Source: Octopus sinensis (Eukaryota). Taken from it: a stretch of DNA of 64,000 nt. The stretch lies in the NCBI RefSeq assembly GCF_006345805.1, contig NC_043012.1, forward strand, positions 3,410,001 through 3,474,000, written 5' to 3'. Made by a program: the position numbers and the translations under genes. Numbering within the stretch: position 1 is the first letter of the stretch; each line of letters starts with the position of its first letter. The notes beneath the pieces are model-generated. The model was not told where the DNA came from, made no database searches, and was given only the letters and a program-made list of their open reading frames with translations. Positions 52,430 through 63,267 of this stretch are shown here, piece after piece.

Positions 52430-53142
52430 AGAAAATAGATGAAAGTTGTCTTTCTCTGTCACCAACATGAACAAGTCCACATAAAATGTCATTTGATCGG
52501 AGACAACATGTAATGAAAGAGGACTCGTTAACCCTTTAGTATTCAGATTACTCTATCAAATGTATTGCTTATTTATTCACTTTGTTTTGAATTAATCGGG
52601 GATTATCTCATAGCTTCGAAATTTTGATGGTGTGATTGTATATTTTTAGAATGACATTGTAGAATAGGTGTGAGAGGCCAGATTTGTGCTGTCTTTCATC
52701 ATAATGCAGGTAGAATATTTGGGCTGGATGAGGCCAGTTTAAATGCTGAAGGATTAAAGTGATTGCATCAAAGGATATTTTGCCTTTCCCTCACTCTTGC
52801 CTAGTTTTATATCTATTCTACACTTTTACTTGTTTCATTCATTTGACTGTGGCCATGCTGGAGCGCCGCATTTAGTCAAACAAATCGACCCCGGGACTTA
52901 TTCTTTGTAAGCCTAGTACTTATTCTATCAGTTTATTTTGCCGAACCGCTAAGTGATGGGGACATAAACACACCAGCATCGGTTGTCAAGCAATGTTGGG
53001 GGGACAAACACAGGTACACAAACACATACATACATATCTCTATATATAATATATATATATATATATGAATTCGGCAGGCAGAAGTTACTGCCGTGTGTGT
53101 AGGTGCTTGTGCCTCTCCGAAAGAGAGAGAGGGATATATATC

Positions 53143-53350
53143 TGTAAATGTAATATTTGACAATTATTCGGTAGCCGTGATAAAACTCCGAGTTTCATAT
53201 GCCGAGGTGGAAATCCATGGTGCCATCTCTTCAGTTATCTGGCCATTTTTTCGATGGCCCGATAACTGAAGAGATGCCAGCGTGGGTTTCCGACCCAACA
53301 TCCAAAACTCGGAGTTTTATCATGGCTACCAAATAATTGTCACATTTACA
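53143..53350. repeat. ~210-bp imperfect palindrome with a hammerhead-like motif in each arm (Penelope pLTR-like)
   Basis: Arms at 53143-53245 and 53255-53350. Each arm reads GATAA-CTGAAGA-GATG..CAT-(G/A)AAA-CTCGGAG-TT-TTATC outward from the centre. Confidence 0.8.
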
Positions 53351-53429
53351 AATGAATTTCTCTATTTACATAATATTGAGGTCTCTTTCATTCTTTTGTT
53401 GTCTTACCATTTTTATCACTATATATATA

Positions 53430-53470
<41 letters not shown>

Positions 53471-55650
53471 GACAAGCTTCTTTCAGTTTCCATCTACCAA
53501 ATCCACTCGCAAGGCTTTGGTTGGCTCGAAGCTATAGTAGAAGACACTTGCCCAAGGTGCCACACAGTGGGACTGAACCCGGAACCATGTGGTTGGTAAG
53601 CAAGCTACTTACCACACACCCACTCCTACGCGTAATTACTGCTTTACAATACAAGCATTTTTGCGAGTCTCCAAGTTTTTGTTTTTGTTACAAAAGAGAG
53701 CATTTCTTTTGATGGCAAACCGGAAATTTTACATGAATGTCCAGAATGTTTTGCCTGATTCGGATAAAATGTTGGTAACCAGTTGGTAGAATTAAAGCTA
53801 ACTTTGTTACTGAATTTTTATGTTTATGATATTTTCATTAATACAGTTGAAACGTTAAAAGCAATAATTATTTTATAATTTCATTTAGCTATAATTTAGT
53901 TTGTTTTCCTATCTTCCTATGGAAAAAAACAATTGATAATTCCTTATTGATTTTAAGTTTAATAGCTTAGCTAAACTGTAGAGGCCTATATTGATATTTA
54001 TTGATTAATGAGGAGAAATTGTCTGGCCATGTGTACTTCATGAACAGTTTGATTTTTATGCATATTTGTTATTGTTGCTAGCAACCTGGAGCATACTATT
54101 CTACACACAAATATTTGTGATACTTTTGTGATAAGCTTCAAACATAAATCACTCTATCTTCATCATTGTCGTCGTCATCATTGTCATCATCATCATCATA
54201 CACCCATTTTCCATGCTGGTATGGCTTGGATGGCCAAATCAGTTCTTATTTAGAATTACTGCCAACCTAGTTAAGCCTGAGGACCATGTTTCACTGGTAT
54301 AATACATTTTTGGTTTGGTTTCTAGACACCAACCACTTTACAGTGTACTTACCTTCCTTCAACCCTTTTGATACCAACCCACTGAGGCCATTCCTAGCTC
54401 TATAATTAAAAAATTCCTTGAGTTTGTTGCCAGTGCTGCTGGACTGGCTCCTGTGCATGTGGCACGTAAAAAACACCATTTGAGCATGGCCGTTGCCAGT
54501 ACCGCCTGACTGGCCCTCGTGCCAGTGGCACATAAAAGCACCCACTACACTCTCAGAGTGGTTGGCATTAGGAAGGGCATCCAGCTGTAGAAACTCTGCC
54601 CGATCAGAATGGAGCTTGGTGCAGCCATCTGGTTCGCCAGTCCTCAGTCAAATCATCCAACCCATGCTAGCATGGAAAGTGGACGTTAAACAATTTGTAG
54701 ATATACATGTTAAAACCTTCCATCAAAATTACATGTTAATTTATATTCCAGGCTAATAATGGTTAAGTTGTGAAGGTGCATGACTCACTGGTTAGAGCAT
54801 CAAACTCACAATCATGAGGTAGTGAGTTTGATTCCCGGACTAGGTTGTGTATTATGTTCTTGAGTAAGACACTTCATTTCACATTGCTCTAGTTCATTTA
54901 GCTGTAGAAATGAGTTGAGATGTCACTGGTACCAAGCTGTATTGGCCTTTGCTTTTCCTTTGGATAACATTGGTGGTGTGGAGAGGGCAGACTGGTATGA
55001 ATGGGAGATTGTTGGTCTTCTATTAACCACCTTGCCTGGACTTGTGCCTCAGAAGGTTACTTTCTAGGTGCAATCCCATGGTCATTCATGACCAAAGAGG
55101 GTCTTTATCCTTTTAATTGTTCAAGTTATTTTTATAAATTCTTGAATATTTTCAAAAATCATTTAAAACAAAGGCAGTGTATTTTTTACAGAAATATAGT
55201 GACAAGACAACAACCATCCTAGATATTGAAACCACACATTTTAAGTCTCTTGTCTTGTAAGAATAAGCTTCAGGCATTCAGAATAATTAAAGTGCTGGAT
55301 AGCTGATCTAAAAGTGACTTCAAAACTTGATTTCAAACATGATGACTGGCTCTATATTCTGAGACATGGGGAGGCACAGCACACATCAGTATCATGTGGA
55401 AATATTCTTACTTTAAGCTTTATGAAGGAGATTCAATTGCTAGGTATATGTTTCTGACAAATGTCTAAATTTTCAGAACCACTCAACCCATGTTTAATGT
55501 AGTAAAATAGTTGTAAAAGGAAAAATTGAATTAAAAACAAGAAGAAAATATTAACTGTGCACTTGCAAGAAATAAGCTTAACAAATTTCATTTTGTTTTT
55601 TTTCCTTTTTGTTAGAAAAAGATTTTCACTTATTGTAATTTTATTTTCAG

Positions 55651-55875
55651 GAGTTGAATCGTCTGAGACGAGCTGCCCTTTCATTTGGATTCCTTGAGCT
55701 GCTTGATGCAATGGCATTGATGTTAGAGCGAGAGTGCACATTGTTACCTGGCACTGCACATCCTGATGCTGCACTTCAGCTTTCTCATGCAGCCAACAGC
55801 CTGCAGTCAGACATGGCTAAAGATGTCTCACAAGCTATTGTACCTCTGCGCACTAACTTCAGCAATGATGATTAA
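55651..55875 (+). CDS. INTS14: INTS14 terminal coding exon
   Basis: Acceptor ttattttcag at 55641-50. Encodes ELNRLRRAALSFGFLELLDAMALMLERECTLLPGTAHPDAALQLSHAANSLQSDMAKDVSQAIVPLRTNFSNDD*, with the INTS14 C-terminal signature MLERECTLLP.TAHPDAA.QL.HAA. Confidence 0.95.
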   Translation, partial: ELNRLRRAALSFGFLELLDAMALMLERECTLLPGTAHPDAALQLSHAANSLQSDMAKDVSQAIVPLRTNFSNDD

Positions 55876-56036
55876 AAGAAACAAGACAGACATAGAAGAG
55901 GAGTTACTGAACTAAAGTCATCACTCATCATTTGAAGATAAATTTAAAAAAAACACATTAAAGAAATTAAATTTCAAAAAAAAAAATTCCATTTTCCAGC
56001 CATTTTTCCATTCACTCATTCACATTCGAGTTTATC

Positions 56037-56042
56037 AATAAA
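56037..56042 (+). terminator. Candidate polyadenylation signal of INTS14
   Basis: AATAAA about 160 nt after the stop codon, followed by T-rich sequence. Confidence 0.45.
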
Positions 56043-56189
56043 ATATTTAGTTTTCTTGTAAGATATTTTAAAATCTTTTTGTTATTTCAGCTAGGTCAGC
56101 AGCAATGGCATCAACACCTAGTCAACTGTTATTCCAGTTGTGACCATCTCATCTAATTTTCAGGCATTGTGTATATCTAAAACTACATT

Positions 56190-56910
56190 GAAGAAGTTGT
56201 GTCAAAAGTTTTTGGGTTTTTTTTTTTATTTTCACCGATGATTTTTCACAGCTTATATTTCCATGTTATATCATTAATTTGATTCAACTTATTGTCCAAT
56301 CATTGCTGAATTGTTCATTCTTTATTCTCTAATTGATAATGAGTAATGAAAAAATTGCAATTATAGCCATTTTGCATTATCTGTGAAAAAAAAAGGACCG
56401 GATACAACAGCAGTGGCAAAAAAAGACTAATGATGTCTTAGAAGGCCCAGGGACTGTGGGCAAACATATGGCACAAATTTGGTTCAGACATCTCAAGGAA
56501 GGTAACATCAACCTCAAAAAAAAAAAAACAAGGTCAGGGAGACTTTCTGTAGTGGAAAATGAGGCCTTGCTTGAAATGGCACAAGCACTCATACACTATT
56601 GGCAGAACTTGGTCCTTCACAAAGCACTATCAATTGATACCTCCATAAGGTCGGCCTTTTGAACAGATGCAGTAGAGAAGTCTCTCATGAACTGACCAAG
56701 GCCTAGGCTCAATGACTTGTAAACATTTGCAAACAACTGTTGCCAAATTCTTGAAATGCTACTTTTAGGCATCAAATCGTAACTGGGGATGAAATAATAT
56801 TGGAAAAGATTAAAATAAATAAATAAAGTGAATTTATCTGACAACCCAAATACATAGAGCAGTTGTGGACAAAAAGCAATCTATGGGACTTTCTGAACTG
56901 GCACACCGAA
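56190..56910 (+). mobile_element. Degenerate mariner remnant
   Basis: TVGKHMAQIWFRHLKEGNINL..RSGRLSVVENEAL, later IVTGDE. Heavily disrupted. Confidence 0.7.
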
Positions 56911-57369
56911 TGAAAAATTTAATTTAATTTTTTTAGTAATATGGCCTGTTTGTTGATGAGCTATGAGCAATAAAACACAGTAGTAATGTCATTAGTTTCA
57001 CAATATCAAAACAAGGTGACACAGACACACACAAGGGGCTTCTTTTAGCTTCTGTCTATCAAGTTCACTCACAAAGCTTTGGTCAGTCCAGGGCTACAGT
57101 AGTGTGTTATATATCAGCTACTTAATTAACCAGTTGATAGACACATTTTACACACTTTGCTGTCCTTAGAAGAGAGCACAGCCCTTTCTACACATTAAGA
57201 ACACTTTGCTTCTACATTTGTTGCTATCCTTCAATCAGAATATTCTTGACACTTCAGCTAGCCTTTGTAGTAAGACACATTTCAATAGATATAAACATTG
57301 TGCACATTTTACTACCCTAGGTTGACATATTAAAAAATATTATATGTATAATGTGTGTGTTTGTGTGAG

Positions 57370-57890
57370 CACAAGGACATTCAGGAACAAGTCTTATGTG
57401 AAGTAGAGAGGGCAAACAAGCTCCAAGAGCATCATGTAATCTAGTTAAAGTACTTGCTGTTGCTGAACAAGCTGAAGCATTCTGAGAAACTTGTCATCCT
57501 CTGGTGCTTCTCCAATGAGAACTTCAACCAGGACCAAAAGATGAAGATATGGAATGACAAATAGTTCCATAGAGAGTCACACCAAATTCAATAGCTCACT
57601 TTCTCTTGCAGAGCTTCTTGGTTACTAGTGCCAAATTCAAGGTGTCACACATAGTAGTCAAGCTCCGGATTGGTAACATTGCCCAATGAAGGCAGTACAT
57701 GTTCCAGCAGGACTCCGGCCTCTCCCACATGGCCATTTGCAACTCAAGAATGGCTGGTTGATCAAGTCACCTATAACATTTGCTCTCTTAGCTCTCCTTA
57801 TGTGTAGCCCTTGGACTACCAGCTATATGGCATTATCACAATGGTGACTAACTGGCTGCCCCAACAATACCAGGTACTCACTGAGGGTGG
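57370..57890 (+). mobile_element. Second, older maT/Tc1-like remnant
   Basis: VVKLRIGNIAQ*RQYMFQQDSGLSH..SSPYV*PLDY, parallel to the element at 16555-17325. Confidence 0.55.
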
Positions 57891-58996
57891 TCATCATAAT
57901 ATAATGTAATATAACATTTAAACATGGCAACACCAATGTATTCACACACATCACCTCGCCTCTTGACCTCTAAATCTAACTACTGCTACTAACCTGTTGA
58001 CTTCACTTCCTCACACAGACATCACTCACATAAACACACACACACACTGGTCATTTTCGCACTCGCGTACCTTCAATAACCACTTTCTCTATCTCACTTC
58101 ACATCTCTCCACAGAAGGTCACCAACTCCTCTTCAGTTATCGGTCAGAGGATCAAGCACAATTTCGGCCATTATCAAAACTTGCCAAGAATGGGACCAAA
58201 ACATAACAAAATGAGACGGACTCAAGACAAGACTGTTTGTGTATGGACGATGGACAAAACAATAAACAATAAAGGCTTTGAGCCACACAATGACAAAATG
58301 ATTAATAATACACATACAGCAAAAAAGCCTTAGGGCTGCAAGACAAGACAAAAATGCATAACATGAAGGAGAAATGAAAAACTGGCCTAAAGGACTATAG
58401 ACACGGGAATTTTTACAAGGCAGATTTCAAACTTGCCTGTGTGATTTGAAGCATCCAGTGGACAATATGTGTTACATAAAATAACATCAAGTTTAAGTAA
58501 TAGTTATTATAGAGAAGATATGAGATACAGAGTGAAGTGGAGGAATGAAATCAGATGTGAGATACGTAAAGATATTGTATTTGCAGTTCTATTATTTAAG
58601 CAGAATGGTGTATATATAAGTTTTCTGTACCTTGTGTGTGAGTTCCAATGGTGAATATATATATATATATATATCTAAAATATAAAATGGGACAAGAATG
58701 CAAAACATCCAAACAGCTAGGTGATACAAAAAGGGTCAACAAAACATCCAGATAGACGATACAAAGAAAATGAGGATGGGTCATTCAAAGTTTTCTTTCC
58801 TCAGTCAAGTACCAGATTATCCTCGCAATTTTGGCTGATTATTCTTGAGATTGCTCCAATCTGGCCAGCCCCAAGGAAAAACTAAGCTAAGAGCATTAGA
58901 TTCCTTTGAAGAAAGCAGCGAATGTATACAAAAACAAAGATGAAAAAAATGGACAAAGTTACACAAATCAAATACATACAGACAGACAGACATATA

Positions 58997-59848
58997 CAAG
59001 GGAGTACCGAAAAGTAACTGGAGACGATCTCTATGGGACAAATCTATTGTAGTTCAGGCTTCTGCTGTTACAAGCCACTTGATGCAACCCTCAGGCATCA
59101 GTCTGTTAACTGGTGGCAGTGGGTGAGTTCATACTGCCACATAGTGTGTCTTTGTTTTACAGTGCTTCTTCCATGTTTGTCTACTTTCTGCTACATAAAA
59201 TGGCAGCCAAAACGGTTGTAATGCTTCAAACAGCTCACAAGAATGCTACCATGAGCAAAGCACAAGTTTACAAGTGGTTTCCATGCTTTAGGAATGGTCA
59301 CTTGTCGCTTGAAGACCAATTTCGTTCAGGACAACCATCAACCTCTCAAATGAATGCAAACATCATGAAAATTCATGAACTGATCATGGAGGACCATCAC
59401 CAAGCAATTGATGAACTTCTTGATATGACTGGTGTTTTCTGGAGCTCCTGCCAGTGAATTGGGAGCGAGGAATTACAAATGAAAAGAGTTGTGGCAAAAT
59501 CCGTGCCTTGCTTGCTTATGGAAGATCAAAGGCAGTTACAACTGAATGCGTGTTGTGAACTGAAAGAACAATTAGAATTTGATCTGGATCTTTTTTTTTT
59601 CCTAAGGTCATCACTGGTAACAAAAGTTGGTGCTACTGAATTTGCAGATATGAAGAAAAGATGCTGGAGGTGTTAAAACGCATCACTTTGCAAGTGTTGC
59701 AGGCCTGCTTTGGTAAATGGAAAATGTGTCTGGACCGATGCATTGTTTCAAATGGAGAATACTTTGAAGGTTATAAAAGTGTAAACATATAAAACTAAGT
59801 GAATAAAATAATATGGCAAAATTCCAATTTCTTTTGGGTAACTCCTCG
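58997..59848 (+). mobile_element. Internally deleted mariner element
   Basis: TA-flanked degenerate TIRs CAAGGGAGTACCGAAAAGTAACTGGA / TCCAATTTCTTTTGGGTAACTCCTCG. Encodes MSKAQVYKWFPCFRNGHLSLEDQFRSGQPSTS, MKRVVAKSVPCLL and CIVSNGEYFEG. Confidence 0.85.
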
Positions 59849-59979
59849 TACATATGCATGTATGGACATGTGTAAATATATCAATAGATATATAGTTTTT
59901 ATAGATATATCAATATTTATGTGCATATATACATACACACGCATGCATATATATAATGAGATTGAGAGGAAAACAATGG

Positions 59980-60232
59980 TGTGGTGTGTAGGTGAAGGAG
60001 TGTGACGGATGGGGGAGAGCGGAAGTGGGGCTTGTAGGGCGCATGCGCCGGAGGAAGCGGAAGTGACAGGCAGAACGCACGTGCGGCATTGACCAGTTGC
60101 GGCAGACACGACGAAGGGACCAGACGAGCGAGTTGGCTAAAAGCGATCCAAGTTCATCTCCGACGAGGTAAGACCCAATTACATTTCCATTCTCCCTTTT
60201 TCTGTTGTACTCTTTTCACCGTTCACACTACA
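59980..60232 (+). repeat. 5' LTR (253 bp)
   Basis: Differs from the 3' LTR by 5 substitutions and one 9-nt indel on manual comparison. Termini TGTGGTGTG..CACACTACA. Confidence 0.95.
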
Positions 60233-60284
60233 AGCTATTTCGGCAAATAAACACTCGGTTTCATAAAAATAAAAATAGAAAATT

Positions 60285-62969
60285 ATGCAGAGTGCTCTGG
60301 TTTCACGCGAGCCTATAACACCGTTTTGCGGCGACACTGATGTTGGTCACTTGGTGGACGAGATTGACGTGGTGATGGGGATGGATGCAATCACCCGCTT
60401 GGGAGGTGTCACCGTCAACGAGGCTGGCGTAACATTTGGGTTAGTGGGGAAACCGTCTAGGGCGAGACCGTGCACCGACGACAACCATGAGGAAAAGGAT
60501 GCGGTGCACACCATTGAAGACCAGGATTTTCGGGCTGTTTTTGATGGCAAGAGGTGGACAGTGGAGTGGCACTGGAAGGGAGAGCCCCCGATGTTAAAGA
60601 ATAAAGTGGGCTGCTATCAGCATACTCTAAAAGGAGATGCCAGAAGTGAGTTCGAGGGGGAAGTGGAGCGGTGGATTAAGGAGGGCATACTGATCCCTTG
60701 GGAAAAAGAAGAGAGCGGAGTCCTGCCACTGATGGCGGTGATACAGCCCACAAAGCATAAGGTCAGGCCAGTGCTTGACTTCCGAGAGCTGAATGACCAC
60801 GTGTCGTGTCATACAGGCGGCGAGGCCACGTATGTCTGCGGAGACACCTTGCGAGAGTGGAGGCAGACGACGGGGGCCTCCACGATTGTCGATTTGAAGT
60901 CGGCATACCTACAGGTGCATGTGGCTGAGAAATTATGGAAGTACCAGCTCCTCAGGTATAGGGGCCGGACGTACTGTCTGACCAGGTTGGGATTCGGGCT
61001 GAATTCAGCGCCGAAGATTATGGCAACAATTCTCAAGGCCATCCTGGGGAAGGTGGACAGAGTAAAAAGGGCCACCAATTCATACATTGATGACATTCTG
61101 GTGGATGAAACCGTGATGCCAGCAACGGAGGTCATAGGCCACCTGAAGAGTTTTGGACTGATCGCCAAGCCGCCAGAGGCTATGGAGGGAGGTGCTGCAC
61201 TGGGCCTCAAGCTATGGAGAGACAAGGCCGGCGCCTTGGTGTTCCGGCGAGGGAATGAAGTCCCTGAACTGGGCGCTAGCATGAGTAGACGGGAACTGTT
61301 CTCTGTGTGTGGGAAGCTGGTGGGACACTACCCGATTGCAGGCTGGCTCCGGACAGCATGTAGCTTCATCAAGAGACGAGCCGAAGGAGTGAAGTGGAAT
61401 GATAAAGTGGGGGAGAGGACAATCGACATGATGCAGGAAGTCTTGGTCAGAGTAGGAGCAGAGGACCCAGTGAGGGGCAGCTGGTATGTTCCCAAATCAA
61501 AGAGCGGGATCGTATGGTGTGACGCCAGTAGCATCGCAATAGGGGTTGTCTTGGAAGTGGGAGGTGTCACGGTGGAAGATGCGGCCTGGCTCAGGAAGAT
61601 GGATGACTGCAATCATATCAACGTGGCGGAGTTGGAGGCCGTGCTGAAGGGGGTGAACTTAGCCTTGAAGTGGGGGTTGCACACCATAGAAATCAGGACT
61701 GATTCGGCCACTGTACTTGGTTGGGCGACAGCAGTCATCACCGATGAGCGGAGGGTGCGGACCAAAGGGGCTGCAGAGATGCTGGTAAAGCGTCAATTAG
61801 GAATACTGCGTGAACTAACCACTGAGTTCAATCTGAAGCTGAGCGTGATCTTTGTGCCTTCCGAGAAGAACAGGGCAGACGTCCTGACCAGGGTAAAGCG
61901 AGCCTGGTTGCAGGTGCCAGAGGATGCGAAGCAGGCTGTAGCTGCAGTATGCCGTCTGAGCGACTCGGAGTTACGGAGACTGCACACCATGCATCACATG
62001 GGTGTGGACAGGACATTGTTCCTGGCCAGAAAAGTTGACTCCGACGTAACGAGACAGAGCGTGCAGAGAGTGGTTAGCAGTTGTGACAGGTGCCAGTCCA
62101 TCGACCCTGCTCCGGTCGTGCATGAAGCGGGAAGTATTCCAGTGGACCAGGACTGGAGACGACTGGCGGTGAACATAACACACTACCGGCAGGGGACATA
62201 CCTCTCAATGGTTGACTGCGGACCGGGGCGGTTCGCCATAGGGAGGGAGATGAAGTCGAGGACCGCAGAAGAAAATGTGAAAGTGTTGAATGAGATATTC
62301 CTGGAACAAGGCCCCGTGGATGAACTGCTTCTGGACAACGGCACTGCATTTCGCTCGGATGTGCTGAGAGAAATGCTTGATGAGTGGAAGGTCAACCGCT
62401 TCTTCAGGGCGGCATACCGGCCAAGTGGAAACGGGGTGGTGGAAAGGCATCATCGTACCATCAAGGCCATGGCAGAGAGGGGTCACATTTCACCAGTCGA
62501 GGCCGTGTTTTGGTACAATATGTCGCCCAGATCAGGACAGGCTGAGGAGTCGGTGCCATACAGGGCAATATTCAGGTACGAGTGGAGGCATCTGTGTACT
62601 ACATCAATGCGACCCGGGGCAGAGGAAGAGCACGCCTTCGTGCAGGTCGGGAAGGAAGTCTGGGTAAGACCCCCAAACGCATGGTGTACATCGCAATGGG
62701 GAAAGGGGACAATAACCTCCGTAAATTCAAAGAATAACATCTCGGTCGATGGTATGCCACGCCACGTTTTGGACATACGGAGGATTGTCCATGCCCCAGA
62801 GGATGGGGCCAGCAGCAGTGGGCAAGACGAAAACAACAGACAGGATGACGAGGTCGGCAGCAACACACCAGGAACAAGTCCTAGGGTCGCACTGCGACCA
62901 CAGAGGGAGCGGCACCCTCCTCCCTGGTTGGCTGATTATGAAACCAGTTTCAGGTGCGGGAGCGAGTGA
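60285..62969 (+). CDS. Open 894-aa pol ORF: protease C-terminal remnant, RT, RNase H, integrase
   Basis: VVMGMD protease tail. RT motifs RPVLDFRELN, DLKSAY, LGFGLNSAP and YIDD. RNase H motifs CDAS, ELEA, TDS and ADVL. Integrase HH..CDRC zinc finger, LLDNG and NGVVER. Confidence 0.93.
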   Translation: MQSALVSREPITPFCGDTDVGHLVDEIDVVMGMDAITRLGGVTVNEAGVTFGLVGKPSRARPCTDDNHEEKDAVHTIEDQDFRAVFDGKRWTVEWHWKGEPPMLKNKVGCYQHTLKGDARSEFEGEVERWIKEGILIPWEKEESGVLPLMAVIQPTKHKVRPVLDFRELNDHVSCHTGGEATYVCGDTLREWRQTTGASTIVDLKSAYLQVHVAEKLWKYQLLRYRGRTYCLTRLGFGLNSAPKIMATILKAILGKVDRVKRATNSYIDDILVDETVMPATEVIGHLKSFGLIAKPPEAMEGGAALGLKLWRDKAGALVFRRGNEVPELGASMSRRELFSVCGKLVGHYPIAGWLRTACSFIKRRAEGVKWNDKVGERTIDMMQEVLVRVGAEDPVRGSWYVPKSKSGIVWCDASSIAIGVVLEVGGVTVEDAAWLRKMDDCNHINVAELEAVLKGVNLALKWGLHTIEIRTDSATVLGWATAVITDERRVRTKGAAEMLVKRQLGILRELTTEFNLKLSVIFVPSEKNRADVLTRVKRAWLQVPEDAKQAVAAVCRLSDSELRRLHTMHHMGVDRTLFLARKVDSDVTRQSVQRVVSSCDRCQSIDPAPVVHEAGSIPVDQDWRRLAVNITHYRQGTYLSMVDCGPGRFAIGREMKSRTAEENVKVLNEIFLEQGPVDELLLDNGTAFRSDVLREMLDEWKVNRFFRAAYRPSGNGVVERHHRTIKAMAERGHISPVEAVFWYNMSPRSGQAEESVPYRAIFRYEWRHLCTTSMRPGAEEEHAFVQVGKEVWVRPPNAWCTSQWGKGTITSVNSKNNISVDGMPRHVLDIRRIVHAPEDGASSSGQDENNRQDDEVGSNTPGTSPRVALRPQRERHPPPWLADYETSFRCGSE

Positions 62970-63005
62970 GGAAGCCGGTTCAGTGATCTGTAGATCAGGG
63001 GGGCG

Positions 63006-63267
63006 TGTGGTGTGTAGGTGAAGGAGTGTGATGGATGGGGGAGAGCGGAAGTGGGGCTTGCAGGGCTTGCAGGGCGCATGCGCCGGAGGAAGAGGAAGTG
63101 ACAGGCAGAACGCACGTGTGGCATTGACCAGTTGCGGCAGACACGACGAAGGGACCAGACGATCGAGTTGGCTAAAAGCGATCCAAGTTCATCTCCGACG
63201 AGGTAAGACCCAATTACATTTCCATTCTCCCTTTTTCTGTTGTACTCTTTTCACCGTTCACACTACA
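63006..63267 (+). repeat. 3' LTR (262 bp)
   Basis: Direct repeat of 59980-60232 with a 9-nt GGGCTTGCA duplication. Confidence 0.95.

Larger units (their letters stand above)
59980..63267 (+). mobile_element. Ty3/Gypsy LTR retrotransposon lacking gag and PBS
   Basis: TG..CA LTRs at 59980-60232 and 63006-63267. TSD AATGG at 59975-79 and 63268-72. Polypurine tract AGGGGGG at 62997-63003. Domain order RT-RNaseH-integrase. Confidence 0.96.

Noticed and set aside
60347-63124. Many antisense and alternate-frame ORFs over pol
   Set aside because: Shadow ORFs of a GC-richer coding region, with no recognisable motifs.
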